NCBI RefSeq assembly: GCF_006345805.1
Contig: NC_043020.1
Span: forward strand, 1,736,001 to 1,800,000
Origin: Octopus sinensis
Lineage: Eukaryota
Direction: 5' to 3'
Length of the DNA: 64,000 bases
Part shown: positions 1-11,757 of the stretch, piece by piece
Layout of the letters: each line of letters begins with the position of its first letter
Position numbering within the stretch: the stretch's first letter is position 1
Position numbers and translations under genes: made by a program
The notes under the pieces: model-generated
What the model saw: only the letters and a program-made list of their open reading frames with translations
Told to the model about the DNA's origin: nothing
Database searches by the model: none

Positions 1-345
1 CTTTGGTGTTGGAGAAGACTTTTACGGATTCCATGGACAGCGAAGCTCACCAATGGAGAAGTTTTTAAGCAGATCAGGCCGAAAATGTCGCTAGAAGCTA
101 GGATTACCAAGCATAGATTGGCATATTTTGGTCATATTATGCGGAGAAAATCCCTGGAGAAGGACATCATGCTCGGAATGGTCAGTGGCAAGAGAGGAAG
201 AGTCCTATCAAGAACCCGCTGGCTTGACACCATCAAGAGGGATACCGGAATGGACATAGCCAATCTGAAAGAAGCAGCCCAGGATAGAACTGACTGGAGG
301 ACACTGATCCAATGAGTGACTGAGAGTCGACTTCGACTGAGCAGA
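1..345 (+). mobile_element. RTE-clade LINE, 3' end (runs off the left edge)
   Basis: Translates LWCWRRLLRIPWTAK...RLAYFGHIMRRKSLEKDIMLGMVSGKRGR..RTRWLDTIK...AAQDRTDWR, the typical RTE/BovB ORF C-terminus; a short (AGAT)n tail follows. Confidence 0.9.
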
Positions 346-824
346 TAGATAGATAGAGTTATAGTATGTATACACACAATTTTTTTTGTACCATAATCAC
401 AAGACTAACATTTCAATATTAGTATGTACCATAAATCGCATTTTTTCCCCAAAATTTAACAGTCAAAATCCTTAGTGCGTACTATATACGAGGTTAAAAA
501 TGAAAACTATTTTCTAAGCAATGTCCGAGTCTCTATTTGCTGTCCGGCAATAATTATTCAGATGCATTTTGTGATGTTGGGCGCGAAAATCCCTTAAGCT
601 AAGCCTGAAAGCAATGAAGTCATAAAAGAATCATCCATAACTTGCAATAAGCAACATTTATTAAACGTTATTACTGTTATTTCTTTATTTTCTGCAAACA
701 AAATGCACAAAAAAGCTACACGTTTGCATTATGTTATATATACAATAATAATAATAAAGGACGTCACCGTATACAATTTTACAAGCCAAGGACGTTATAT
801 AGACCTCCTTGACTCATATCAGAG

Positions 825-1049
825 ACGTAAGTAGTCGATCCTACAACGACTTGCGCGTATGTTTGTATTTCAAGGCTGAATACATATCAAAGAAAATTAA
901 ATAATATTTTTCGAACAAAAGTAAATAAAACGCAAAGTAAATAATTTTTAAAATTAAGTAAATAAATTATTTTTTATAAACAAACAAAGTTTAGGGTTAT
1001 GGTTAAAAAATTAGGGTTAACAGTCGTTGTAGGATCGACTACTTACGAC
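825..1049. mobile_element. Small MITE-like element
   Basis: 26-bp inverted repeat cgtaagtagtcgatcctacaacgact (826-851) / agtcgttgtaggatcgactacttacg (1022-1047) around an AT-rich core. Confidence 0.65.
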
Positions 1050-1693
1050 TAGCTAGCGCGGATGCGCGAGTGCGCGCACCGGGCCACTGTTTGCTAGTAG
1101 TACCTTACATGTAAATATGCATAGATACACATTATCATATCAACGTTGTCATAACAAAATGTGTGTGCGTCCATATATATATATATATATTATATATATA
1201 TATATATATATGCACACACACACATACACGCACGCACATGCCCACATTAACCCAATAACGTTCAATTCACAATCCTTTATATGACGTATGTGGCAACGTG
1301 TCAAAGGAGAGGGGAGATAATTTCCACAAATTGTCTCCCCTTTCGTTTTAAGCATCGGCAATGATGGCTACCAAGTTTTTTATCTTCTTTCTCCATCAAA
1401 AAGGAAAATTTGAATTAAAACTCAAGAATTACTTCGCGTGTATGGCAAACACTTCAATGTCACACGTTAAATTATCGATCATAATCTAGTTGAGTCATTT
1501 TCCTTCGCATATTATATTTTTTAAAAAACAAAAACATTAGTTTGTGATTCAAAGTGAAACTTCATTTTGTTAAGAAAGCTGGGAGACACCATGATTTGAA
1601 CCTTTAATCATAGGATTGCTTCGTTCAAATTCATCCGGTTTTAAATAGTACAACAATTAACACAGCATCACTGAGTATCAGGGCAGAGATTCA

Positions 1694-2116
1694 GGATCTT
1701 TTCGGTTTGAACTGCAGTTTTTTCTAGCAGAGTCATATGAAATTGTCACCCATAATTATGACCCTAGTATCGATCTATAGCATTTCGATCTATTTTAGGG
1801 TTTGTTAAGGGTTAGAGATGGGGGGAAGGGTATCTTTTTTTTTCTTCACAAATGTAAATAAACTCAATCTGTTTCTTAAACGAGGGACATATTCATACGG
1901 TACACAATATTTTTTACCTCAATGGACGTCAGTGATTGGTTGAAATTGCAGAAATTGAAGAAAAAAACAACAAATATCTTACAAACTATAGAATTTTCTC
2001 AATAAAGCCAAAAGAAAAAGATGTTTTATAAACACATTCTACCAGTATATGAAGTTTAAAATTTTTTAGTTACCTAGAAATTATGTTAAAAACTGCCGTT
2101 CAAACCAAAAAGATCC
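1694..2116. mobile_element. MITE with TIRs and 8-bp TSD (Merlin-like)
   Basis: TIR ggatcttttcggtttgaac..gcagtttt / aaaactgccgttcaaacc.aaaagatcc; gagattca is duplicated on both sides (1686-1693, 2117-2124). Further copies at 11758-12157 and 14670-14794. The superfamily is inferred from GG termini plus the 8-bp TSD. Confidence 0.85.
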
Positions 2117-2183
2117 GAGATTCAACATGTGACATTCAAGCATTTAGACAGACAGATACACACCAACGCTGCACAAGTGTTAC

Positions 2184-2277
2184 CTTTAAATACAGCTTTG
2201 AGCTTCATAGAGACAACATCGGATCCACTTCCTGGTTCACTCATGGCTAAAGCACCTATATGTTCACCTGATATTAA
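2184..2277 (-). CDS. IVD: Isovaleryl-CoA dehydrogenase, coding exon 5 (94 nt)
   Basis: ttccag|[31 protein letters not shown](G)|gtaac; contains the acyl-CoA dehydrogenase [10 protein letters not shown] motif; phase agrees with exon 4. Confidence 0.97.
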
Positions 2278-2482
2278 CTGGAAATAGAATGTAAAAAAAA
2301 GATTAGGTCGTTTGTTGTTTCGCCTGGCGTGCTAACATTTCTTATTTCTTTATTGCCCACAAGGGGCTAAACATAGAGGGGACAAACAAGGACAGACAAA
2401 GGGATTAAGTCAATTACATCGACCTCCAGTGCGTAACTGGTACTTAATTTATCAACCCCGAAAGGATGAAAGGCAAAGTCGA

Positions 2483-3020
2483 AAGGAAGACATGGGATGA
2501 GGTGGTGAAGCATGACCTTCAAAGTTTGGGCCTCACAGAGGCAATGATGAAGAACGGAGACCTCTGGAGATATGCTGTGACTGCAAAGACCCAGCAAATA
2601 AAATGAATTCATGGCTGTATCCTACACCAGTTTCGCATAACCAGCCCCAGCCCATTCAAAAGTACCTTGGATTGAAGGGGGTTATGTTGTGTTGAAGAAA
2701 CCTATTGAGTCAAGTACATAAACATCAAAATGAAAGTCAAATGGAAATTGTAGTTGTGATCCCTGTGCTGGTGGCACGTAAAAAGCACCATCTGAATGTG
2801 GCCAATGCCAGCGCCGCATTGACTGGCTTCCGTGCCTGTGGCATGTAAAAAGCACCCACTACACTCACAGAGTGGTTGGCATTAGGAAGGGCATCCAGCT
2901 GTTAAAAATACTGCCAGATCAGACTGGAGACTAGTGCAGCCCCCTGGCTTCCCAGATCCCCAGTCGAACCGTCTAACCCATGTTAGCATGGAAAACAGAT
3001 GTTAAACGATGACGATGATG
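2483..3020 (+). mobile_element. 5'-truncated RTE-like LINE: ORF end, long 3' UTR and (GAT)n tail
   Basis: RKTWDEVVKHDLQSLGLTEAMMKNGDLWRYAV is followed by the ggaagggcatccagctgt-containing 3' sequence that recurs at 6578-6765, 8000-8280 and 9121-9430. Confidence 0.75.
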
Positions 3021-3075
3021 AAAACAAGTGTATTCAAACAGAGATATGGTCCCTAAAGGGTTAAAATAAACATAC

Positions 3076-3245
3076 TTTTGGCAGATATTTTTCTTTCTGT
3101 GCTTGCGTTCCATTCCGTACAATTTGGTTGACACAAAGGTTGGAGTGGGCCCCATAACTGAGAGCAATGGCGCCACATGCTCGTGACATCTCTTCCATAA
3201 TAATACAATGATCAAGGTAGCCACCTTCTGAACCTCCAAACTCAC
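3076..3245 (-). CDS. IVD: Isovaleryl-CoA dehydrogenase, coding exon 4 (170 nt)
   Basis: ttgcag|(G)[56 protein letters not shown]|gtatgt; [10 protein letters not shown] is characteristic of IVD. Confidence 0.98.
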
Positions 3246-3333
3246 CTGCAAAAGTAAAATCGCATCGTTAGAAGAGCAGGACAAGAACAGTGAAGAATGA
3301 TGACAAGAGGACATTGTATAGTGGCATTATGTT

Positions 3334-3920
3334 GGCGTAGGAGTGGTTGTGTGGTAAGTAGCTTGCTTATGAACTGCACGGTTCCAGGTTCAGTCCCACT
3401 GTGTGCTACCTTGGGCAAGTGTCTTCTTCTATAGCCTCGGGCCGTACAAAGCCTTGTGAGTAGATTTGGTAGACAGAAACTGAAAAGAGCCCGTCGTATA
3501 TATATATATATATATATATATATGGAGTGGCTGTGTGGTAAGTAGCTTGCTTACAAACTGCATGGTTCCGGATTCAGTCCCATTGCATGGCACCTTGGGC
3601 AAGTGCCTTCTACTATAGCCTCGGGCTGATGAAAGCCTTGTGAGTGGATTTGGTAGAGGAAACTGAAAGAAGCCAGTCGTATATATGTATATATATGTAT
3701 GTGTGTGTGTGTATGTTTGTGTGTCTGTGTTTGTCCCCCCAACATCGCTTGACAACCGATGCTGGTGTGTTTACGTCCCTGTAACTTAGGCGTTCAGCAA
3801 AAGAGACCGATAGAATAAGTTCTAGGCTTACGAAGAATAAGTCCTGGGGTCGATTTGCTCGACTAAAGGTAGTGCTCCAGCATGGCCACAGTCAAATGAC
3901 TGAAACAAGTAAAAGAGTAT
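3334..3920 (+). mobile_element. tRNA-derived SINE family A (CORE-like domain, internal microsatellite), duplicated head
   Basis: A/B-box-like head (tggctgtgtggtaag...ggttcagtccc), CORE-like ccttgggcaagt motif, (AT)/(GT) linker, conserved tail ending gaaacaagtaaaagagt. Confidence 0.9.
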
Positions 3921-3958
3921 ATATACACACACACACACAGATATATCATGGTATCATG

Positions 3959-4268
3959 TTTGTTTGTTTGTTCCTTCTCGAGCCACGCCTGGCTCATAAG
4001 GGTCGGTTTCCTGGTTTCATTGGCATATAGGTTCCCCACCTGGACGGGACGCCAGTCTGTCACAGGTGAGCTGCAACATGCAGGAGGAAAGAGTTAGAGA
4101 GAATTGTGGCGAAAGAGTCAGCAGAAGTTTCGCCATTACCTTCTGCCGGAGCCGTGTGGAGCTTAGGTGTTTCGCTCATAAACACACACACCTCCCGGTC
4201 TGAGATTCGAACCCGCAATCCCTCGACCGTGAGTCCACTGCTCTAACCACTAGGCCATGTGCCTCCAC
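3959..4268 (-). mobile_element. tRNA-derived SINE family E with TSD
   Basis: Minus-strand head tggcctagtggttagag...ggttcgaatctc, (CAAA)n tail, catggtatcatg duplicated at both flanks; a related head lies at 32580-32695. Confidence 0.8.
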
Positions 4269-4654
4269 ATGGTATCATGGTATTGATCAGACTATCGGAT
4301 GTTGTTATACATCGCTGGTCAAAATGCACTTCACGTTGTTTCAGCTTTTGAATGACGCCAACCTGCTGGCTAAGGGAGCTGACCAACGTCCCCCCTATTC
4401 TGTCACAGGGTTGTCCTTTTGCAGCTGAGTGGATTGAGGCAACATGAAAGTATTTTGCCCAAGAACACAATGCACTGCCCAGACCAGAGATTGAACCCAT
4501 GACCAAGTGACTGAGTGCGATATCCCATTTCACTAGGCCATGCAATGCACAGGCACACACTTGAAATATGCATGGCAACGAATGTCATTAAACAGAACAC
4601 CAGGTCAAGAGTTCTTATCAGCATTAAGAACAACATATATACAGAAGTGTGCAA

Positions 4655-4930
4655 CGGTAGAGAGAGAGAGAGATAAGGAGATAGAGTGAGAGAGAGTGCA
4701 ATAGTTGAGAGAGAGATAGAAAGAGCATGAGAGAGAGCAATAGTGGACAGAAAGAGAGTGAGAGAGAGAGCAATAGATAGATAAGGAGAGTGAGAGAGAG
4801 AGCAACAATGGAGAGAGAGCGCAATAGTGGAGAGAGAGGTAGAGAGAGAGTGAGAGAGATTGCAATAGTGGAGAGTGAGAGAGAGAAAAAGAGAGTGAGA
4901 GCGTGCAATAGTGGAGAGAGAGAGAGAATT
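4655..4930. repeat. GA-rich minisatellite
   Basis: gcaatagtggagagagag units recur inside (GA)n. Confidence 0.85.
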
Positions 4931-5296
4931 GACCTCATCCTATGTAGGTCATTATTTAGAGGCATACGGAGTGGGGGGGGGGGCAAATCTGGGACAGCAG
5001 TCTCTGAGTTGTGCATTGTCATTCTGTTGACCATCAGTGGTCACTAATCTGCTAGAAATGGCAGCCAAAACTATTCAGCTTAAACTGCTGCATGTCAAGA
5101 CATGAAAGAAAGAGATAAACAGGGAGGAAGGTTCAGGAGGTGGAAGGACTTGGCACAGTTGTTATGTAGCTCTTAGGTGTTGGACTCAATACAGGGTGAT
5201 GAGAGGAGGAGAAATGATTGAATTGGGATTGCCCAAGAGGGGGTTAGTGGTACAAGACCAACATGTCAAAAGAAATAGGGGTAGAATCTAGAACAT

Positions 5297-5716
5297 AGGC
5301 GCAGGAGTGGCTGTTTGGTAAGTAGCTTGCTAACCAACCACATGGTTCCGGGTTCAGTCCCACTGCATGGCATCTTGGGCAAGTGTCTTCTGCTATAGCC
5401 CCGGGCCGACCAATGCCTTGTGAGTGGATTTGGTAGACGGAAACTGAAAGAAGCCTGTCGTATATATGTATATATATATATATAAGTGTGTGTGAATATG
5501 TTTGTGTGTCTGTGTTTGTTCCCCTAGCATTGCTTGACAACCGATGCTGGTGTGTTTACGTCCCCGTCATTTAGCGGTTCGGCAAAAGAGACCGATAGAA
5601 TAAGTACTGGGCTTACAAAGAATAAGTCCCGGGGTCGAGTTGCTCGACTAAAGGCGGTGCTCCAGCATGGCCGCAGTCAAATGACTGAAACAAGTAAAAA
5701 GAGTAAAAAGAGTAAA
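5297..5716 (+). mobile_element. SINE family A, full length
   Basis: Same head/microsatellite/tail structure as 3334-3920. Confidence 0.9.
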
Positions 5717-5868
5717 ACAGTTTGTGGATTGTGCTTGGTCATTTAGCTGGACCAGTGGTTCTCATCTGGGATCATTTGGAGGCTCTATAAGATTTTGTGG
5801 TTAAAGTTTATGAACAATAAATTACTTATACTTCTAAAATACACAAAATATTTTAACAATATTTCCAT

Positions 5869-6270
5869 AGGCGCAGGAGTGGCTGTGTGGTAAGTAGCTT
5901 GCTTACGAACCACATGGTTTCGGGTTCAGTCCCACTGCGTGGCACCTAGGGCAAGTGTCTTCTACTATAACCTCGGGCTGACCAAAGCCTTGTGAGTGGA
6001 TTTAGTAGATGGAAACTGAAAGAAGCCTGTCATATATATATGTACATAAATATATATATGTGTGTGTGTTTGTGTGTCTGTGTTTGTCCCCCCAACATCG
6101 CTTGACAACCAATGCTGGTGTGTTTACGTCCCTGTAACTTAGCAGTTCAGCAAAGGAGACCGATAGAATAAGTATTGGGCTTACAAAGAATAAGTCCTGG
6201 GGGGTTGATTTCCTCAACTAAAGGCGGTGCTCCAGCCTGGACACAGTCAAATGACTGAAACAAGTAAAGA
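5869..6270 (+). mobile_element. SINE family A, full length
   Basis: Same structure. Confidence 0.9.
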
Positions 6271-6339
6271 ATATACAATTCCTAATAATTATTTACATTA
6301 TTTACATTTGATGGATATTTATCCTCATCTCATTTGTTG

Positions 6340-6384
6340 ATAATACGTTTCGGCTGATATACCCTCCAGCCTTCATCGGGTGTC
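6340..6384 (-). ncRNA. Minimal hammerhead-like motif (decayed), in a repeat shared with 15300-15470
   Basis: Minus strand reads gacac CCGATGA a GGCTG gagggtatat CAGCC GAAAC GTA; U4C change in the core and a weak stem I. Confidence 0.6.
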
Positions 6385-7006
6385 TTGGGGAAATTTTGAA
6401 CCTGGGTCCTCGTTCATAAGGTATTTTTCGATGTTATTATTATTATTACTATTCAAGTCACTGCCTGGAATAGAACTTGGAATTTTGGGAGTTAAGAGCA
6501 CACACTACTAACCCCAAGATTCCGAGTTTGATTCCAGGCAGTGGTCTGAATAATAATAATAATAATAATAATAATCATCATCATTGTTTAACGTCCGCTT
6601 TCCATGCTAGCATGGGTTGGACGATTTGACTGAAGACTGGCAACCAGATGGCTACACCAGGCTCCAATCTTGATCTGGCAGAGTTTCTACAGCTGGATGC
6701 CCTTCCTAATACCAACCACTCCGTGAGTGTAGTGGGTGCTTTTACGTGCCACCGGCATGAGGGCCAGTGGAGTGATGTGGTATTGGTTGAGGTGGTGGTA
6801 ATTGCATTAGTATTCAGGGGAAGTAGAGGTAGTGGTGGTAGTGGTTTGGGTAGAAAGTGTAGTAGTAGTTGTAGCAAAGTGATGGTTATGGTTGTAGTAG
6901 TATTAAAGATAGTATGTGGTTGTAGCAGTGGTAGTAGTAGTAGTAGTAGTTTTTCTAAACCTATTATTAGGTGAGATGTGAGAGATAGATTCAGGGATAT
7001 ACTTAC

Positions 7007-7058
7007 CGGGAGCTGTGATTCCAAGCAAACCCATTTCACCACATTTTAACCAGAATTC
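7007..7058 (-). CDS. IVD: Isovaleryl-CoA dehydrogenase, coding exon 3 (52 nt)
   Basis: tttag|EFWLKCGEMGLLGITAP(G)|gtaagt; phase 0 to 1 joins exons 2 and 4. Confidence 0.96.
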
Positions 7059-7490
7059 CTAAATTGCAGATAAAAAAAAAGGTAAAATAAAATTAATGAT
7101 AACTTTATAACTGTCCCCCCAGGGAAGGAGGGGGGAAACAACTTGGATTATGATAAAATATAATACGAACAAATGAATACAGAAATGTAGTTAATTAATT
7201 ATCATTATTGCTTTTTACATCCACATTTTACATGCTGGCATGAGTTAGATGATTCTTCAACCTTTAGCATTTAAATTTGCCATATCAGGCCCTGTTCTAC
7301 TTGATGGTTCTCATGACACTGTTGACTCTTCTATGATGTCGATTTCAAGCATTGGTTTTTGTGTCTTGCAATGTGATGCTGAGCATAATTCGTTCCATTT
7401 TCTTGTTGGGCTACAATCAGAGCATTCATGATGGTAGTGCTGAGAGCCTGTGTTTCACTGCCATAAGGACAACAGGTGGACAATGAAGGT

Positions 7491-7716
7491 AGAGCTGGCA
7501 GAATCGTTAGCACGCCGGGTGAAATGCTTAGCAGTATTTCGTCTGCGGTTACGTTCTGAGTTCAAATTCCGCCGAGGTCGACTTTGCCTTTCATCCTTTC
7601 GGGGTCGATAAATAAAGTACCAGTTACGCACTGGGGTCGATGTAATCGACTTAATACTTATGTCAGTCCTTGTTTGTCCCCTCTATGTTTAGCCCCTTGT
7701 GGGTAGTAAAGAAATA
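7491..7716 (+). mobile_element. tRNA-derived SINE family B, full length
   Basis: gagctggcagaa..gttagc head, gagttcaaattcc B box, central gcctttcatcctttcggggtcgataaa..aagtaccag block (resembles the Meta/MESC SINE domain, from memory), tail ttgtgggtagtaaagaaata. More than 20 full or partial copies occur in the window. Confidence 0.9.
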
Positions 7717-7999
7717 GTAATAGACACCAAGACAATGGACAAGATGAAGAGGCTGACCAAAGACAAGAAGGTGAGATGATCTCACCCACCACTCAGGGCC
7801 TGGGTGGCCACAACTGGCAAAGAGACAGACAGTGGTAGAAGGAGTCCAGGGAGGGGTTCCTCCTTTAGGAGTAATGAAACCCTGGATAAGGTTATCAGAC
7901 TCAAATATTCTACCTGTTTTATATTCAAACTGGCCAGATCCAGCCTCTCACACCTACTTTACTATATCAGTCTGAAAACAGACAATCACATCCTCCTCC

Positions 8000-8280
8000 T
8001 CATCATCATCGTTTAGCACAGGTTGGACGGTTTCGCCAGGGCCTGGGAAGCCAGGAGGCTGCACCAGGCTCCAGTCTGATCTGGCATTGTTTCTACAGCT
8101 GGATGCCATTCCTAACGCCAACCCCTCCAAGAGTGTAGTGGGTGCTTTTTACGTGCCACCAGCACAGGTGCCAGGGGAAGCTGGAAGCGGGATCGGTTGG
8201 CGCTTTTTACGTGCCACCGGCACAGAAGCCAGTAAAGGCGGTGCTGGCATTGGCCACATTCAGATGGTGCTTTTTACGTG
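8000..8280 (-). mobile_element. RTE-like 3' UTR copy
   Basis: Reverse complement of the sequence at 9121-9430 and 2755-3020. Confidence 0.8.
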
Positions 8281-8755
8281 TCTCACAATCTCAAAAGCTA
8301 TGAGACAATGCATGATTAATTCGAAACAATGTGAATATAATAAAGCATTACGTTTGACAGAGGAATCTGAATGCTGGAGGGTTAAAGCAGTATTCTACCA
8401 TGGGATGTGATTTCTGATGCAGACCCTCAATAATTTTTAAATATGAGAGGTACTTCCATTTCACTGGTCTTTCTTTATATGTAGAACTGCTGAAGTGCAG
8501 GACATATTGTTATTGTGAGAGATAAACAAATTTCATTTCTGCCCAGGAAGTGTCAATGGGTGGCGTTGTGGTGAGGGTCACTGGCACCCCTTGCAGATTG
8601 GAGAATGAACTAGTTGAACTCTTATAAAGTGTAGTAGTTGGTAGTAACCAGAGAGAGAAGAAGAGGAAGGAGAGGGGCAAAGAGGGAGGATGGGAGAGCA
8701 AAAAGAACCACCTTGACACTGGAACATTGGACACTTAGGAAGTTTGGTAACTTAC

Positions 8756-8845
8756 TCGAATTTCCTTGAAGTTATTATTCTTATCAATTTCATGAGCTTT
8801 TGGAGCAAGTTCCTTCTGGACAAACTGGAATACGGATTCTCGGAG
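8756..8845 (-). CDS. IVD: Isovaleryl-CoA dehydrogenase, coding exon 2 (90 nt)
   Basis: ttttag|LRESVFQFVQKELAPKAHEIDKNNNFKEIR|gtaagt; phase 0-0. Confidence 0.97.
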
Positions 8846-8995
8846 CTAAAATGAAATAATAAACAATATAAATCAATGATGATGATGATGCTTAATTATA
8901 ATGAAGTAATTAGAATGAAACTGTGATTTGAATAAAATTGAATACATTATTCTTTAACCTTTATTTATTTTTTTATTTATGTGCCCTTTTCAAGG

Positions 8996-9100
8996 CTACA
9001 GTACGGATTGTTTTGAGAGTGGTGACACTGATTGGTTTGGGGTTGGAAAAGGCACTCGGCAAGGTTGCATCCTGATGCCAGCAGCCTTCAACATGTATGT
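8996..9100 (+). mobile_element. RTE reverse transcriptase fragment
   Basis: GDTDWFGVGKGTRQGCILMPAAFNMY matches the RT motif GxRQGCxLSPxLFN. Confidence 0.8.
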
Positions 9101-9120
9101 ATATATATATATATATATAT

Positions 9121-9430
9121 CACGTAAAAAGCACTATCCGAATCGTGGCTGAAGCCAGTGCCGCCTCGACTGGCTTCCGTGCAGGTGGCACGTAAAATGC
9201 ATCAATCCGACTGTGGCCGATGCCAGCCTCGCCTGGCACCTGTGCAGGTGGCACGTAAAAAGCACCCACTACATTCACGGAGTGGTTGGCGTTACGAAGG
9301 GCATCCAGCTGTAGAAACATTGCCAGATAAGACTGGAGCCTGGTGCAGCCTTCTGGCTTCCTAGATCCCCGGTCGAACCGTCCAACCCATGCTAGCATGG
9401 AGAACGGACGTTAAACGATGATGATGATGA
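9121..9430 (+). mobile_element. RTE-like 3' UTR copy with (GAT)n tail
   Basis: Similar to 2755-3020; followed by the tail half of a family A SINE (to about 9670). Confidence 0.8.
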
Positions 9431-10675
9431 TATATATATATACATGTATGTATGTGTGTGTATATGTTTGTGTGTCTGTATTTGTCCCCCAACATCGCTT
9501 GACAACCGATGCTGGTGTGTGTTTACGTCCCCGTAACTTAGCGGTTCGGCAAAAGAGACCGATAGAATAAGTAGTAGGCGTACAAAGAATAGGTCCCGGG
9601 GTCGATTTGCTCGACTAAAGGCGGTGCTCCAGCATGGCCGCAGTCAAATGACTGAAACAAGTAAAAGAGTATTCGTAATCTCCGACATCTAAAACGTAGG
9701 AAGCCGAAAAATTTTTTTTTTTAAATACCTCCGCCCTCAAAAAATACAGAAAACATAAACGATTAGGCTGAAAAAAAAAAAAAAAAAATCAGAAATTGCC
9801 GAATAAATGCTTTCAGTTTTGATACACCTTCTCGGAAAGATCTCGCTATTTTCATTTGTTTTGGTCTCATTAGCTTTTATAATTAAATATGCTTAGTAAT
9901 GAAAGACGGTTACATAACAAACAAGAGATAAGGCTACGAGAAGGTTACGGGCTCGCCCAGGTGCTAGATTACAAGCTGTTGGTTTTTATAATATTAACTT
10001 CCACCCGAGTGCAAAGCCACGCATAAAGTTTATTATGATTTTTACAAGAGTAATTAAAGACTAATTGAAACTACCTAATTGTCTAGACAGAGATACGAAC
10101 TTAGCTCCATAACAACCAACGACTGTTGTTAGCCTTGATCGATTAAATTATCAAAGCTTTACCAATGTCTTTAGAATTTAACCGATGGTCACATCTTCTA
10201 CCAAAGATGTGACCATCACATCTTTGGTAGAAGAAGGGGTCAAGAAGGATAATACCCAACGTCCCTTTTTTTAAGTTTAAAGTCGGTAGAATATGATTTG
10301 GGAGATTTGGCTGCTATTTCTAGCATGAGCTATCGCGTAGATGCTTCTCGTCTATTAGTTAGCGTTACAGCAGTATTATTACTAACTAAGGTGACTTAAA
10401 CGATACTAACCAGTTTACAGACAAACAACGGAGAGCTCCTACATAGTGGTTCAACGCGCTAGAAATAGCAGCTAAATCACACATACGTGCGCCGACCGTT
10501 TATAACAATGGGTCCGATACTGAATATAGACTGGAGGTTTGTAACTTGAGGAAAATTTAGCTGCTATTTCTAGCAAGTTTTGGTTATTGCGTAGAAGGTC
10601 AGGTACTTTTTTTAATTTGCACAAAATTACGTAAAACATAACACTTGCACAGTGCTCGAAACACAAACACACACA

Positions 10676-10706
<31 letters not shown>

Positions 10707-11051
10707 TATAATCTGAAAAGCATTTATGGAAAATTTCATTTAAAAATATTTAATTTTATGAACGTTATGAGGAAACAAAAACAGTCGGGGGTTCATTCTC
10801 CTAGAAGTAGCAGCCAAATCCCAGCCCTAAATCATTTGCGAATTACGTTTAAAAAATAAACAAATTTAATTCACTAGGTCTGAAAAAAAATAATAATAAA
10901 AACCATGGTCAAAGTCAGCACACCTTTGGCCATAAAGGTGAGTCCGATCAAGGCTGACCTCAACGAAAACATCGCAAATATTTCTTGAAGGGGAAAACGA
11001 AGAAGAAGAAGAAGAAATCTTTGGTTAGTTAAATATAAAATATAATTTTAC

Positions 11052-11192
11052 CTGTTTCTGTTCATCGGTTAATCCAAAGAGGGAATCGTCTATGGGGAAA
11101 TGAGATGCCATCCGTGTCGCTGCCAGTGGCTGGGGCCGGGAACATTTTAGCAGGGTTCTGCCAAGACACGAAGATAAACGGCGAAAAGCCAT
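11052..11192 (-). CDS. IVD: Isovaleryl-CoA dehydrogenase, coding exon 1 (141 nt, mitochondrial transit peptide)
   Basis: MAFRRLSSCLGRTLLKCSRPQPLAATRMASHFPIDDSLFGLTDEQKQ|gtaaaa; Arg/Ser/Leu-rich N-terminus with no acidic residues, then the IVD-like PIDD..FGLTDEQKQ. Confidence 0.95.
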
Positions 11193-11300
11193 GCTTCCTT
11201 GGGAAGAGAGCAGAAACCAATTACGATGTGAGCGAGATTAAAGATTGACCAGGGGAGATAATTCTCACGGCGCGCGCTTATCAGTCAAGGTGATAAATGG
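11193..11300 (-). promoter_or_regulatory. Probable IVD 5' UTR / proximal promoter
   Basis: Unique sequence directly upstream of the ATG, with a CpG cluster (cggcgcgcgc); the call rests on position only. Confidence 0.4.
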
Positions 11301-11344
11301 ATGATTAATAATGATTGGGGAAAACCCATAATATTTATAATGTT

Positions 11345-11692
11345 TACTCTTTTACTCTTTTACTTGTTTCAGTCATTTGACTGCGGCCATGCTGGAGCAC
11401 CGCCGGTACTTATTCTATCGGTCTCTTTTGCCGAACCGCTAAGTGACGGGGACGTAAACACACCAGCATCGGTTGTCAAGCAATGCTAGGAGGACAAAGA
11501 CAGACACACAGACACACATACATATATATACATACGACAGTCTTCTTTCAGTTTCCGTCTACCAAATCCACTCACAAGGCTTTGGTCGGCCCGGGGCTAT
11601 AGCAGAAGACACTTGCCCAAGATGCCACGCAGTGGGACTGAACCCGGAACCATGTGGTTGGTAAACAAGCTACTTACCACACAGCCACTCCT
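11345..11692 (-). mobile_element. SINE family A, internally deleted
   Basis: Reverse complement of the family A sequence. Confidence 0.85.
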
Positions 11693-11757
11693 ATTTATTT
11701 ATTTATTTATTTATTTATCCAGTCTTAACAGGGCGTAAATTGTATTTTATAATTTTT

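Noticed and set aside
346-2183. IVD exon 6
   Set aside because: No LNGxKxWITNG-type sequence was found; the exon probably lies beyond the left edge of the window.
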